A DNA stretch of 64,000 nt from Leptospira sp. (lineage in GTDB: Bacteria; Spirochaetota; Leptospiria; Leptospirales; Leptospiraceae): assembly GCA_034439575.1 (NCBI GenBank), contig JAWXAQ010000033.1, positions 32,001 to 96,000 of the forward strand, read 5' to 3'. The notes beneath the pieces are model-generated. The model saw only the letters and a program-made list of their open reading frames with translations, made no database searches and had not been told where the DNA came from. Both the position numbers and the translations under genes were made by a program. This document shows, piece by piece, positions 39,501 to 49,201 of the stretch (position 1 is its first letter; each line of letters begins with the position of its first letter).

Positions 39501-40796
39501 ATGAATCTTCGCAAATTGATTTATGCTGGTGTATCGTCTGATAAGGACCTTGACTTTTCCCTTCGATTGCAACTGGCAAATATCTCCGCGATATTAGGTG
39601 TCATTTCAAACATAGGCTTTAGTATATTATTTTTAATTCTAGATACAAAAGGAAAATTGATTCTACCTATTATCAATACACCTTTTGGTATTCTTATTGG
39701 TTATTCTATATACTTAAATCATATTAAAAAATTCACGGCTTCAAGGATTATACTTTTAATTTCAATACCAACTGTAGTTCTCACTACAACTTTCCTTTTT
39801 TATGGAAATTTGTTAGGTGCTCATTACTTTTTTTTGCTTTTTAGTATGTTGCCTTTTATTATTCTTCCTTATTCGCAAAAACATTATATTCTAATTTATT
39901 TTTTTATTAATTTATTTCTTTTTTATTATATTGGTTTTGTTCACAATCCTCCACTTCTGACACCAGATAGTCCATTTTACAATTTAGAAGTCAGAGAAAC
40001 ATTTCAAAAGACTTCTATAGGATCTTGTTTTACAATCCTTGCGCTTATTCTTTTTTATTTTTTACGAAATACATTTCGGAATCAGTATGAATTGCAAAGA
40101 TCCATTTTATATAAAGATAGAATATTTTCGATACTTGCTCATGATCTTAAGGGACCCATTGGAAGTATGGGAACATTTTTGAGCATACTGATGGAGTCTT
40201 GGAAAAAATTTTCTGAAGAAGAGATCTATCAGGCATTAAAAGAATTACAAAAAAATGCAAATCAAAGTTATGTTGTATTGGAAAACTTATTAGAGTGGGT
40301 TAAAAAAGATACGAATCGCTTTAATTTTTTACCAGAACATACATATATAAAAAATATTGTCAAAGATGCCATGGAATTGTTTCAAATTCAATCGAGTGAA
40401 AAAAAAATCAAATGGCATATAAAGATAAACGAAAACCATCATGCTTACGTAGATGAAAGAATGATGGCCACTATATTCCGTAATTTATTTTCCAATGCTA
40501 TCAAATTTTCCAATATGAATGGGGATATCCATATAAGATCCGCTATGGAAGATAATCGATTGATTTTTGAAGTAGAAGATTTCGGAAAAGGAATCCCACC
40601 TGACAAACAAAACATGATATTGCAGGGCACACAAACAAAATCTGAATTTGGTACCTTAGGTGAAAGAGGAACAGGGATAGGATTACTTGTCACTGCGGAA
40701 CTATTGAAAGTTCAGAATGGTAGTTTTAAAATTGAAAGTAAAATGAATTTTGGAACCAAAATCATTCTTAGTTTACCAATTGCCCCGGAAAAGTAA
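39501..40796 (+). CDS. Membrane sensor histidine kinase
   Basis: Multiple TM helices, AHDLKGP H-box, NLFSNAIKF, DFGKG, GTGIGL. Confidence 0.92.
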   Translation: MNLRKLIYAGVSSDKDLDFSLRLQLANISAILGVISNIGFSILFLILDTKGKLILPIINTPFGILIGYSIYLNHIKKFTASRIILLISIPTVVLTTTFLFYGNLLGAHYFFLLFSMLPFIILPYSQKHYILIYFFINLFLFYYIGFVHNPPLLTPDSPFYNLEVRETFQKTSIGSCFTILALILFYFLRNTFRNQYELQRSILYKDRIFSILAHDLKGPIGSMGTFLSILMESWKKFSEEEIYQALKELQKNANQSYVVLENLLEWVKKDTNRFNFLPEHTYIKNIVKDAMELFQIQSSEKKIKWHIKINENHHAYVDERMMATIFRNLFSNAIKFSNMNGDIHIRSAMEDNRLIFEVEDFGKGIPPDKQNMILQGTQTKSEFGTLGERGTGIGLLVTAELLKVQNGSFKIESKMNFGTKIILSLPIAPEK

Positions 40797-40831
40797 TTAG
40801 AATGAATACAATATTTGTCTAATTATAGAAT

Positions 40832-43102
40832 ATGATTTCCCTTCTTAAAAAATATTTTTCCTGGTTAAAAAAAAATGCACCTGAGAAGGATATTGAAGTA
40901 TATCCAATTGTTTCGGACTCATTTGAAACCAATATCCCTGGAATTTATATCATAGGTGATCTAACGGGCGTTCCTCTGTTGAAGTTTGCAGCGGAAAGTG
41001 GGAAAAAAGTTTGGAAGCATATTCCAGAAAGCAAAAATAATTTATATGATGCTATCATCATTGGTGCTGGGCCGAGTGGAGTATCGGCCGCAATCGAAGG
41101 AAATAAATTACACAAAAAGACTTTATTATTAGAATCAAATTCTACCTTCCAAACCATTGTTAGTTATCCAAAGGGAAAGCCAATTTATGCTGAACCAAAA
41201 AGTTTTCAAAACACAAGCGAACTTAAAATTCATGATGGCACAAAAGAGACATTACTCGCTAATTTAAAAGCACAATGTGCGAGAGAGAAAATAGAAATCA
41301 GAGAAAATAGTCGCGTCGTATCTATAGAAAGTTCGACGGGTAAAGATAGGTTTAAAGTCAAATTGGAGTCAGGTGAATCGTATGACACAAACAATGTGAT
41401 CATTGCAATTGGGAAATCGGGTGATCCACGGAGACTTAACATCAAAGGAGAAGATTTACCTCATGTTAGTTACAGATTGTTAGATCCGTCAGCTGCATCA
41501 GAAAAAAATGTTATCGTTGTGGGGGGTGGTGATTCTGCTCTCGAAGCTGCAATAGCAATGAGTGAATATTCTAAATCTGTAACTCTTGTTTATCGTGGAA
41601 GTCAATTCACAAGAGTAAAGGCAAAGAACATAGATTCGTTAAATCAGTTGGTATCATTGAAGAAAATAAAATTAATACTCAATGCAACTGTATCCGAAAT
41701 ATTACCGGAGTATGTGATTGTTCGTGATACTGAGACGGCTCGTAAGATTCCTTGTGATTATTTTTTAATACAAATTGGCTCTGAATTACCAATCCCATTT
41801 TTAAAAAAAATTGGAATAAAAATTCAAAATTCGAAAACGATGAGAGATTGGATCGGATTTGTATCTGTTTTATCTTTTGCATCTTCTGCCTATTTTGGAA
41901 AATCGGCTTTTTATGGTTTGGCTTGGTTTCATCTTGTCGCTTATAGTTCTATTTTTATATTCATAACAAGCGCTAGTTTATGGTTGAGTATCTTTTTTTA
42001 TCAAACGGGTTTCAAAAAACCAAAAACTTGGAATTTATTCAGAAATTTGTTTTTAAGTTCAATGAGTTTATATTTTCTATTTGTTTATTTAGGATCTGCT
42101 TATTTTGGTTATAACCTTTTTGGGAAATTTCCTTCTTTTCACTATACCTTTATATATTCATTGACGATTTTGTTTTTTGGAATCAGACGTATGATCGTTA
42201 AGCCGACTGATTACATTAAATTACAAACGATAACATTAATCCTTGTTCAATGGCTTTTTTTATTTCTTCTCCCAGAGATATTTTTTCCATATTTAGGAAA
42301 AAATGGATTTTTAGGAGATCAAAATGGATTTATACTCACTCAAATATTTCCGAATGAATCCTATTGGAAAGCTTATGGATTTATTTTACTTTGGCCACTA
42401 AGTATAGGGGTATTGTATGATGGATCTATTACCACATTTTGGATGTTATATGGTTTATCGACAACATTCATAATATTACCGATATTAGTTTATCAGTATG
42501 GAAAAGGAGCATACTGTGGATGGATTTGTTCTTGTGGTGGACTTGCGGAAACGTTAGGTGATGAACATCGCCACAAAATGCCACATTCTAAAAAGGCTTA
42601 TTTATGGGAGCATAGTGGACAAGTTATACTGTTGTTTGCATTTATTTTAACATTTCTGAAGTTGCTTGGTGTTTTTGGACATCCAAATTTACCTATATTT
42701 GGTATTTTTGAAATGGCTGCTGACTCGGTTAAATGGTTATATGATTTGATTGTAGATATTTTACTCGCAGGTGTCATCGGTGTAGGAAGCTATTTTTTCC
42801 TGTCGGGAAGGATTTGGTGCCGAATGTTTTGTCCTTTGGCAAGTTTGATGCATATTTATGCTAGGTTTTCAAAATTTAGAATCTTTTCAGATAAAAAGAA
42901 ATGTATTTCGTGCAATATTTGTTCACAGAATTGTCACCAAGGGATTGATGTCATGTCTTATGCAAATCTAGGGCGAGCAATGGATAGTGTCCAGTGTGTT
43001 AGATGTTCGGCTTGTGTATCAATGTGTCCTACAAATGTACTTTCCTTTGGTAAACTTGAGAATGGCCATGAGATAAAAGATAAATTAAATGCACATTTAT
43101 GA
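40832..43102 (+). CDS. TrxB-like FAD/NAD(P)H oxidoreductase fused to a NapH-like membrane 4Fe-4S domain
   Basis: IIGAGPSG, VGGGDSALE, TM region, CGWICSCG, CRMFCP and two CxxCxxCxxxC clusters. Confidence 0.85.
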   Translation: MISLLKKYFSWLKKNAPEKDIEVYPIVSDSFETNIPGIYIIGDLTGVPLLKFAAESGKKVWKHIPESKNNLYDAIIIGAGPSGVSAAIEGNKLHKKTLLLESNSTFQTIVSYPKGKPIYAEPKSFQNTSELKIHDGTKETLLANLKAQCAREKIEIRENSRVVSIESSTGKDRFKVKLESGESYDTNNVIIAIGKSGDPRRLNIKGEDLPHVSYRLLDPSAASEKNVIVVGGGDSALEAAIAMSEYSKSVTLVYRGSQFTRVKAKNIDSLNQLVSLKKIKLILNATVSEILPEYVIVRDTETARKIPCDYFLIQIGSELPIPFLKKIGIKIQNSKTMRDWIGFVSVLSFASSAYFGKSAFYGLAWFHLVAYSSIFIFITSASLWLSIFFYQTGFKKPKTWNLFRNLFLSSMSLYFLFVYLGSAYFGYNLFGKFPSFHYTFIYSLTILFFGIRRMIVKPTDYIKLQTITLILVQWLFLFLLPEIFFPYLGKNGFLGDQNGFILTQIFPNESYWKAYGFILLWPLSIGVLYDGSITTFWMLYGLSTTFIILPILVYQYGKGAYCGWICSCGGLAETLGDEHRHKMPHSKKAYLWEHSGQVILLFAFILTFLKLLGVFGHPNLPIFGIFEMAADSVKWLYDLIVDILLAGVIGVGSYFFLSGRIWCRMFCPLASLMHIYARFSKFRIFSDKKKCISCNICSQNCHQGIDVMSYANLGRAMDSVQCVRCSACVSMCPTNVLSFGKLENGHEIKDKLNAHL

Positions 43103-44295
43103 TATTGAGAGATGAAGCATTAAAAATATTTTTAGCAGGTTTAGACGTAGCAAACCCTTCACAATTATTGGCATCATACTTTTCTTTAAATCCCGATTTA
43201 TTTAATAAAATTGAAAGTTATAACAAACTAAATAATAAAATATTTGTTTTTTCGCTAGGGAAAGCAGCATTTTTTATGGCAAAGTCTTTTTTTGAGATTT
43301 TTCCAAATTCCGAAGGGTTTGTTTTTACTAAGGAAGATCACTTAGTAAAAGAAGATCCTTTTTACCATATCAAAAATTGGATATTTAGAGAAGGCACTCA
43401 TCCGATTGTATCTGAACTAAACGTACAAGTAACGCATGAAGTAATTCTATGGACAAAAAAATTGAAACCAGGCGATTTATTTGTCACCTTACTTTCCGGA
43501 GGCGGGTCTGCCTTATTTGAAATTCCTATCCTTGGTTTGTCCATAGAAGAATTAATAAAAATTCATTTAAAATTGTTAAATTCGTCTCTTTCAATAAATG
43601 AAATTAATGAAGAACGAAAAAAAATATCTTCCGTGAAAGGAGGGCAATTCCTTCAGTATCTCCCTGAGGATACCAGCCTTATGACTCTTGCTTTATCAGA
43701 CGTTATCGGTGATGATCCAAATACGATAGCTTCAGCGCCAACATATCCAGGCTCAGAGTATCATATCATTGGAAATCTAAAAAAGTCATTATTGGCATCA
43801 AGAGATAAGGCTATTCAATTAGGGTATCATACAATCGTGCTTAGCGACAAATGGAATCAGGATGCAAAAGAAACGGGCAAGATTTTATCTCAATGGTGCC
43901 TAGAAAATAAATGGGATATAACTTCCGTTAAAGAGGATAAAATCGCCATTATAATTGGAGGAGAAATGGTTACCAAGGTTCTTGGCAACGGAATCGGCGG
44001 TAGAAATCAAGAAGCAACTCTTTCTTTCGCGATATGGGCGCATAAACTTAAGTTAAAAAATGTTACCTTTCTTTCTGCTGGGACAGATGGCACTGACGGA
44101 CCTACAGATGTCGCAGGAGCCTGTGTTTCGGAAGAAACTTATTTGCAATTGGTGAAAGCCGGCATCGATCCATTGAAAGAACTTGATATGTCTAACTCGT
44201 TCTATGCGCTAAATAAAATTAGCGCACATATTAAAACAGGACCAACTGGTACAAATGTGAATGATATACTGATTCTATTAATTAGTGATCTATAA
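43099..44295 (+). CDS. Glycerate 2-kinase / MOFRL family protein
   Basis: GKAA, LSGGGSAL, VKGG, SDVIGDD..IASAP, GGRNQE, GTDGTDG, TGPTGTNVND; ATGA overlap. Confidence 0.9.
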   Translation: MILRDEALKIFLAGLDVANPSQLLASYFSLNPDLFNKIESYNKLNNKIFVFSLGKAAFFMAKSFFEIFPNSEGFVFTKEDHLVKEDPFYHIKNWIFREGTHPIVSELNVQVTHEVILWTKKLKPGDLFVTLLSGGGSALFEIPILGLSIEELIKIHLKLLNSSLSINEINEERKKISSVKGGQFLQYLPEDTSLMTLALSDVIGDDPNTIASAPTYPGSEYHIIGNLKKSLLASRDKAIQLGYHTIVLSDKWNQDAKETGKILSQWCLENKWDITSVKEDKIAIIIGGEMVTKVLGNGIGGRNQEATLSFAIWAHKLKLKNVTFLSAGTDGTDGPTDVAGACVSEETYLQLVKAGIDPLKELDMSNSFYALNKISAHIKTGPTGTNVNDILILLISDL

Positions 44296-45648
44296 TTTGA
44301 TTCCTGCTTTAGAGTTTTGTATTTTCCAATACAATTGAAATAGCGGGCTAAACCAATTAGAAGTCCCAATTTTTTTTGATTCTAATTCATTAATGATTTC
44401 AATTTGAAGCGAATAATGTGAATTTAAAGCTTCTTCCTGAAATTTATTTTTGTCCGACAGAGAATTTACCTTTGCTAATCTTTCTAAAATTTGTGTTTCT
44501 AATTTGATAAGTCTATCGCCAATTATTTTTTTAACTTCCACATAATTAAAATTTGCCCGACGGAGTATTTTTTCTTGGTTCCACCATAGAGATTCATTTT
44601 TCTTTGCTCCTGGTTTCAGTTTTTTATTTTCTTTGAAAGTTTCCGTATTAAAAAAGAAAGGTTTAAATACAGACAAACAAGGATTTGTTGTTCCTGTATA
44701 AAAAACTTGAAAGGAATTTTTGTTCTGAGCCTCTGTATTCCAAACAACAACTAAGGATCCAGTCGTAGAATTAGGTGTGATGGGTCCGGTTGCATGCACA
44801 CATATTGATTTCATATTTCCATTTTGAATTTTATAATTTGATTCATTACTATTTGTATGAGAGCGAATCACATTAAAAGCATCTTCAATACTATATTGTC
44901 CTTTTTCATTTTTAGCTTTTTCAGACCGTGAGGTATTGAGACTGCGCCTAACTTTACAAAAACTCATTGTTGTGTAAAAAGTATCTGAAAATAGCCTTTG
45001 AAATGAGAAAGTTTGGTTTGGATTTTTTTTATAGAAATCTTTTTTTAAATCTGTTACTGAGTCGGAACATATATCAAAATCATTCGTAATCGTCAGTCCG
45101 TTTGATATTGCATAATAGACATCTATTGCCTTTGCTACCCAATATTTATCTGCCGTTTCCAATACGTAAGCTTGGGTTTCATCAGCGATAATAAAACTAT
45201 TGTGATAAAAGAAATTTTGATTCTCATAACCACCGTTTGCATCTTGTCCATATAACTCCAGTAATTTTGTAATGGTCCCCAATGCTTCTTTCGCAGTTTT
45301 TGATCTCTCAAGTGCAAGACGGATCATATCCATCCCTGTTAGCCCATCATTTGCCTTTTTCTTTTTGATATTTGTAAATACAGCTTCATTGCCTATACAG
45401 ACACCGTATTCGTTAACACCCATTTCAGCACCCCACATTTGAAATGGTTTCGATAAGAAAATTTCGTAAGTTCTTTCTACTTGGGGTATTTCTATATATG
45501 TAGTTCTGAGAAGTGAATTTTTCGGGAAAGTTTGATTTGGAACATGCAAGATTTCTTGAGATTCGTTTGGTTCCCGATCAGAATTTTTAGCAAAAATTCT
45601 TAGATTGTTTCTAGTAAATTTTTCTGAGGCAAAAGAAGTATCACACAT
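44290..45648 (-). CDS. Peptidase C69 / secernin-like Ntn hydrolase
   Basis: N-terminal MCDT nucleophile, FAKNSDR, WGAEMGVNE, GMDMIRLALER. Confidence 0.88.
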   Translation of the reverse strand: MCDTSFASEKFTRNNLRIFAKNSDREPNESQEILHVPNQTFPKNSLLRTTYIEIPQVERTYEIFLSKPFQMWGAEMGVNEYGVCIGNEAVFTNIKKKKANDGLTGMDMIRLALERSKTAKEALGTITKLLELYGQDANGGYENQNFFYHNSFIIADETQAYVLETADKYWVAKAIDVYYAISNGLTITNDFDICSDSVTDLKKDFYKKNPNQTFSFQRLFSDTFYTTMSFCKVRRSLNTSRSEKAKNEKGQYSIEDAFNVIRSHTNSNESNYKIQNGNMKSICVHATGPITPNSTTGSLVVVWNTEAQNKNSFQVFYTGTTNPCLSVFKPFFFNTETFKENKKLKPGAKKNESLWWNQEKILRRANFNYVEVKKIIGDRLIKLETQILERLAKVNSLSDKNKFQEEALNSHYSLQIEIINELESKKIGTSNWFSPLFQLYWKIQNSKAGIKL

Positions 45649-45744
45649 ACTTTCATATAATATTCTTTTCTTAAAAAGACAAGATGATTTCTTAATACTA
45701 ATTACTCAGAAAAAATTAGAATCTGATAAAAGTAAATTAATACA

Positions 45745-48285
45745 ATGAACCAAGATCAAATTGAATTGAATAAACCGATAGGCTTAGAATTGAAAGATGT
45801 TCTTTTGTTGCGAAAAAAATATGGATTTAATGAAATAAGTTCCAAAAAAGAAAAAAACATTTTCGAGAGATTGCTTTCTGTATTGGCAGAACCAATGATA
45901 TTTTTGCTATTATCGATTGGCGTTATTTATCTTTTATTAGGTGATACGGGTGAAGCGATACTATTGTCCTGCTCAGTAATCCTTATTATCATTATTACCA
46001 TGTATCAGGAAGGTAAAACGGAATCAGCGCTTTCTGCCTTGAAAACATTGGCAAGTCCGCGAACTAACGTATGGCGAGATGGAATTTTAAGGAAAGTTGA
46101 TGGACGAGAAATTTTACCAGGTGATGTCATTATAGTAAATGAAGGCGACCGTATTCCTGCAGATTCCATGATTGTATCGACTGATCATTTAAAAATGGAT
46201 GAATCGTTGTTAACTGGAGAGTCGGTAGCTGTGATCAAAAATATCGGCGATGAAATTTTTTGTGGTTCACTTGTCGTAGCAGGGCAAGCAACTTGTGAGG
46301 TAAAACTTATTGGAAACCAAACACAAATTGGAAAAATTGGTAAAACCATTTCGGAAGAACAAATTAACAAAACTTTACTGGAAAAAGAAGTAGCTAAAAT
46401 TGTAAGATTTATTTTTATTTTTGCCATTCTTTTATGTACAATCCTCGCAATTTACTTAGGTTTTAAAAAAGGAAATTGGTTAGGTGGAATTTTGTCAGGT
46501 CTCACTCTCGCCATTGGCATCTTACCAGAAGAATTACCACTTGTTCTTACTATCTTTTTTGCTTTTGGAGCTTATCGTTTGAGCAAAAAAAAAGTATTAA
46601 CTCGTAGAACATCGATTATAGAAACTTTGGGTGCTGCTACTGTTTTATGTACAGATAAAACGGGAACAATCACACAAAACAAAATGACGATAAAATGCCT
46701 GTATGCTAAGGAGGGCGAAATTTTTTATTTAACCAATGATATTGATAAAAAAATTCCAGCAGAATTTTCAAACATAGTAAAGTATGGGACTTTGGCTAGT
46801 AAGAGTAATGCGTTTGATCCTATTGACAAAGCATTTCTAGACTTAGGTAAAAAAGAAAATTTAGATTTTGAATCCAATGCTGTTCCTGATAAATTTGTGA
46901 AAGAATTTCCTATTTCAAGTGCAATGCTTGCTATGACTCAAGTTTGGAAACAGAATGGAGAGTATTTGGTCGCATCTAAGGGTGCACCAGAAGCGATTAT
47001 AAAAATATGCAAATTAGAACCTAATATTGAAAGAATTTATTTAGAAAAAGTGAAATTTTTGGCAAGTAAAGGCTACCGAATGTTAGCTGTTTGTCGTTCA
47101 AGCAAAAACTTGAATTTTATTCCTGATTCCTTAGATCAGATAGATTTTGAATGGGTTGGTCTTGTTGGATTAGAAGATCCGATCAGAGAGGAAGTTCCAT
47201 CTGCTATACAAAGGGCATATTCAGCTGGGATGAGAGTGATTATGATCACAGGAGATTATCCTGAGACTGCTAAAAACATCGCTAAACAAATTGGACTAAA
47301 AATATCTGATCATGTGATGACTGGACCTGAATTAAAAATACTGAATGACAATGATTATAAAGAATCAGTGAATCAATGTAATATTTTTTCTAGAGTGAGC
47401 CCAGAAGAAAAATGGAAGTTAGTTCGCCTTTTAAAAGAACAAGGTGAAATCGTCGCGATGACGGGTGATGGTGTGAACGATGCGCCAGCATTAAGAACTG
47501 CTCACATTGGTGTCGCAATGGGAGAACGCGGAACAGATGTGGCACGTGAAGCAGCTGATTTGGTATTGTTAGATGATAGTTTTTCATCTTTGTTAAATGG
47601 TGTAGAGGAAGGTAGGCACATTTATTCAAACTTAAAAAAAGCTCTTGGATATATAATCGCCGTGCATATACCGATAATTGGTTCAACATTTTTTCCTACT
47701 ATTTTTGATTTACCCTATGTAATATTATCAGCCGTACATATAGTTTTTTTAGAAATGATAATTGATCCGACCAGTACTTTGGTATTTGAGAAGGAACCAA
47801 TCGAAAGTGGATTGATGTCAAAACCACCAAGAAAAGTAAGCGAGTCCTTATTAGATAAAAAATTATTTATAATTTCTGTTTTGCAAGGTATCTCATCTTT
47901 AATCGCTGTTATTGGGACGTATGTTTACATTCAATTTTATGTTGAAAATGCAAGTTTAAATCCCAGGCTAGGCACCACATCTGCATTTGTAACACTTATT
48001 TTTACAAATTTACTTTTGATTTTAGTAAATCGTAATTGGGAATTAACCATAATTGAATCTTTAAAAATGAAAAATATGGCCTTACCTTTTGTTATCCTCG
48101 GGACATTTACCGTTTTATTTTCTGCTCTATTTATACCGAGTTTGCAAAAATTATTTCATTTTACTTCCCTATCATTAGGGGAAATTTCGATTTGTTTTTT
48201 GTTTTCTTTAGCTAGCATTGTTTGGTTTGAAATTGCAAAAATAATAATTAGATCAAAAGTTTCGTATATACAAACGAGTTCATAA
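45745..48285 (+). CDS. Cation-transporting P-type ATPase (type II, Ca2+-like)
   Basis: DESLLTGES, PEELP, DKTGT, KGAPE, MITGD, MTGDGVNDAP. Confidence 0.93.
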   Translation: MNQDQIELNKPIGLELKDVLLLRKKYGFNEISSKKEKNIFERLLSVLAEPMIFLLLSIGVIYLLLGDTGEAILLSCSVILIIIITMYQEGKTESALSALKTLASPRTNVWRDGILRKVDGREILPGDVIIVNEGDRIPADSMIVSTDHLKMDESLLTGESVAVIKNIGDEIFCGSLVVAGQATCEVKLIGNQTQIGKIGKTISEEQINKTLLEKEVAKIVRFIFIFAILLCTILAIYLGFKKGNWLGGILSGLTLAIGILPEELPLVLTIFFAFGAYRLSKKKVLTRRTSIIETLGAATVLCTDKTGTITQNKMTIKCLYAKEGEIFYLTNDIDKKIPAEFSNIVKYGTLASKSNAFDPIDKAFLDLGKKENLDFESNAVPDKFVKEFPISSAMLAMTQVWKQNGEYLVASKGAPEAIIKICKLEPNIERIYLEKVKFLASKGYRMLAVCRSSKNLNFIPDSLDQIDFEWVGLVGLEDPIREEVPSAIQRAYSAGMRVIMITGDYPETAKNIAKQIGLKISDHVMTGPELKILNDNDYKESVNQCNIFSRVSPEEKWKLVRLLKEQGEIVAMTGDGVNDAPALRTAHIGVAMGERGTDVAREAADLVLLDDSFSSLLNGVEEGRHIYSNLKKALGYIIAVHIPIIGSTFFPTIFDLPYVILSAVHIVFLEMIIDPTSTLVFEKEPIESGLMSKPPRKVSESLLDKKLFIISVLQGISSLIAVIGTYVYIQFYVENASLNPRLGTTSAFVTLIFTNLLLILVNRNWELTIIESLKMKNMALPFVILGTFTVLFSALFIPSLQKLFHFTSLSLGEISICFLFSLASIVWFEIAKIIIRSKVSYIQTSS

Positions 48286-48308
48286 TATCTAAATATTGAA
48301 AATAGATC

Positions 48309-49172
48309 ATGATCGAATTATTTTTTCCCCGTAAACATTCTGCTCTCTGTTTAAAATCGGCCTTCTTCGGATTCTTTGCACATACTGGTTTTGTTAGGGG
48401 ACTATCCGAGATTGGATTTAAACCTTCCATTATCACTGGCTCAAGTTCGGGTGCTATGATTGGTGCATTATATGCGGCAGGTATCGATTTGGCCGAAGTT
48501 GAAAATATGATTTTAGGTTTGAAAAAATCTGATTTTTGGGAAGGGAATTCTTTTACTCAAATAGGAAGATTACTCAAAAAAGGTTTTCAAGGATATAGTG
48601 GCGTGCTAACAGGGAAGGCCACTCGTAAATTATTATATCCTTATTTAGGCTCAAAAAAATTTTCTGACCTATCCATAAAATTGGGTGTGGCTGTTTCTAA
48701 CCTAACTAAAAATAAACGCGAATTAATAACCGAAGGTAATGTGTTAGACGCCGTTATGGCCTCCATTGCTTTTCCTTTTTTATATGAAGTCCAAAAATTT
48801 AATGGTAATGAATTTTTGGATGGGGGTATAGGTGATGGTGAACCGATTAAAGAATTAATTTTAGATCCAAGTATAGATAGAATCATCATTCATCAAATAA
48901 ATAACCACAGGCCTATTAGCAATAATATGATCAAAAGAGCCTTTGATGCTTCGGTTCAAATTATTGAGTCCGAATCTGAAGATCTAAAATCGTTACTTGC
49001 AAAGGAAAAAGGTAAAAAATTAATTCGATTGGAGACAAACACGCATTATCTTTCACCAAAAGATTTTTCAAAAGGAAAATTTGCTTTAGCTGAAGGGCGA
49101 GGAACTGCATATAAATACCAAGATGAGATATTGAATGAAAATCAAATGCCAATTTTTCCTTTTTCAATCTAG
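48309..49172 (+). CDS. Patatin-like phospholipase
   Basis: GSSSG nucleophile elbow, ASIAFP, DGG; variant oxyanion loop SAFFGFFAH. Confidence 0.87.
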   Translation: MIELFFPRKHSALCLKSAFFGFFAHTGFVRGLSEIGFKPSIITGSSSGAMIGALYAAGIDLAEVENMILGLKKSDFWEGNSFTQIGRLLKKGFQGYSGVLTGKATRKLLYPYLGSKKFSDLSIKLGVAVSNLTKNKRELITEGNVLDAVMASIAFPFLYEVQKFNGNEFLDGGIGDGEPIKELILDPSIDRIIIHQINNHRPISNNMIKRAFDASVQIIESESEDLKSLLAKEKGKKLIRLETNTHYLSPKDFSKGKFALAEGRGTAYKYQDEILNENQMPIFPFSI

Positions 49173-49201
49173 GTATTAATGATCTTAACTAAATTATAAA
49201 T

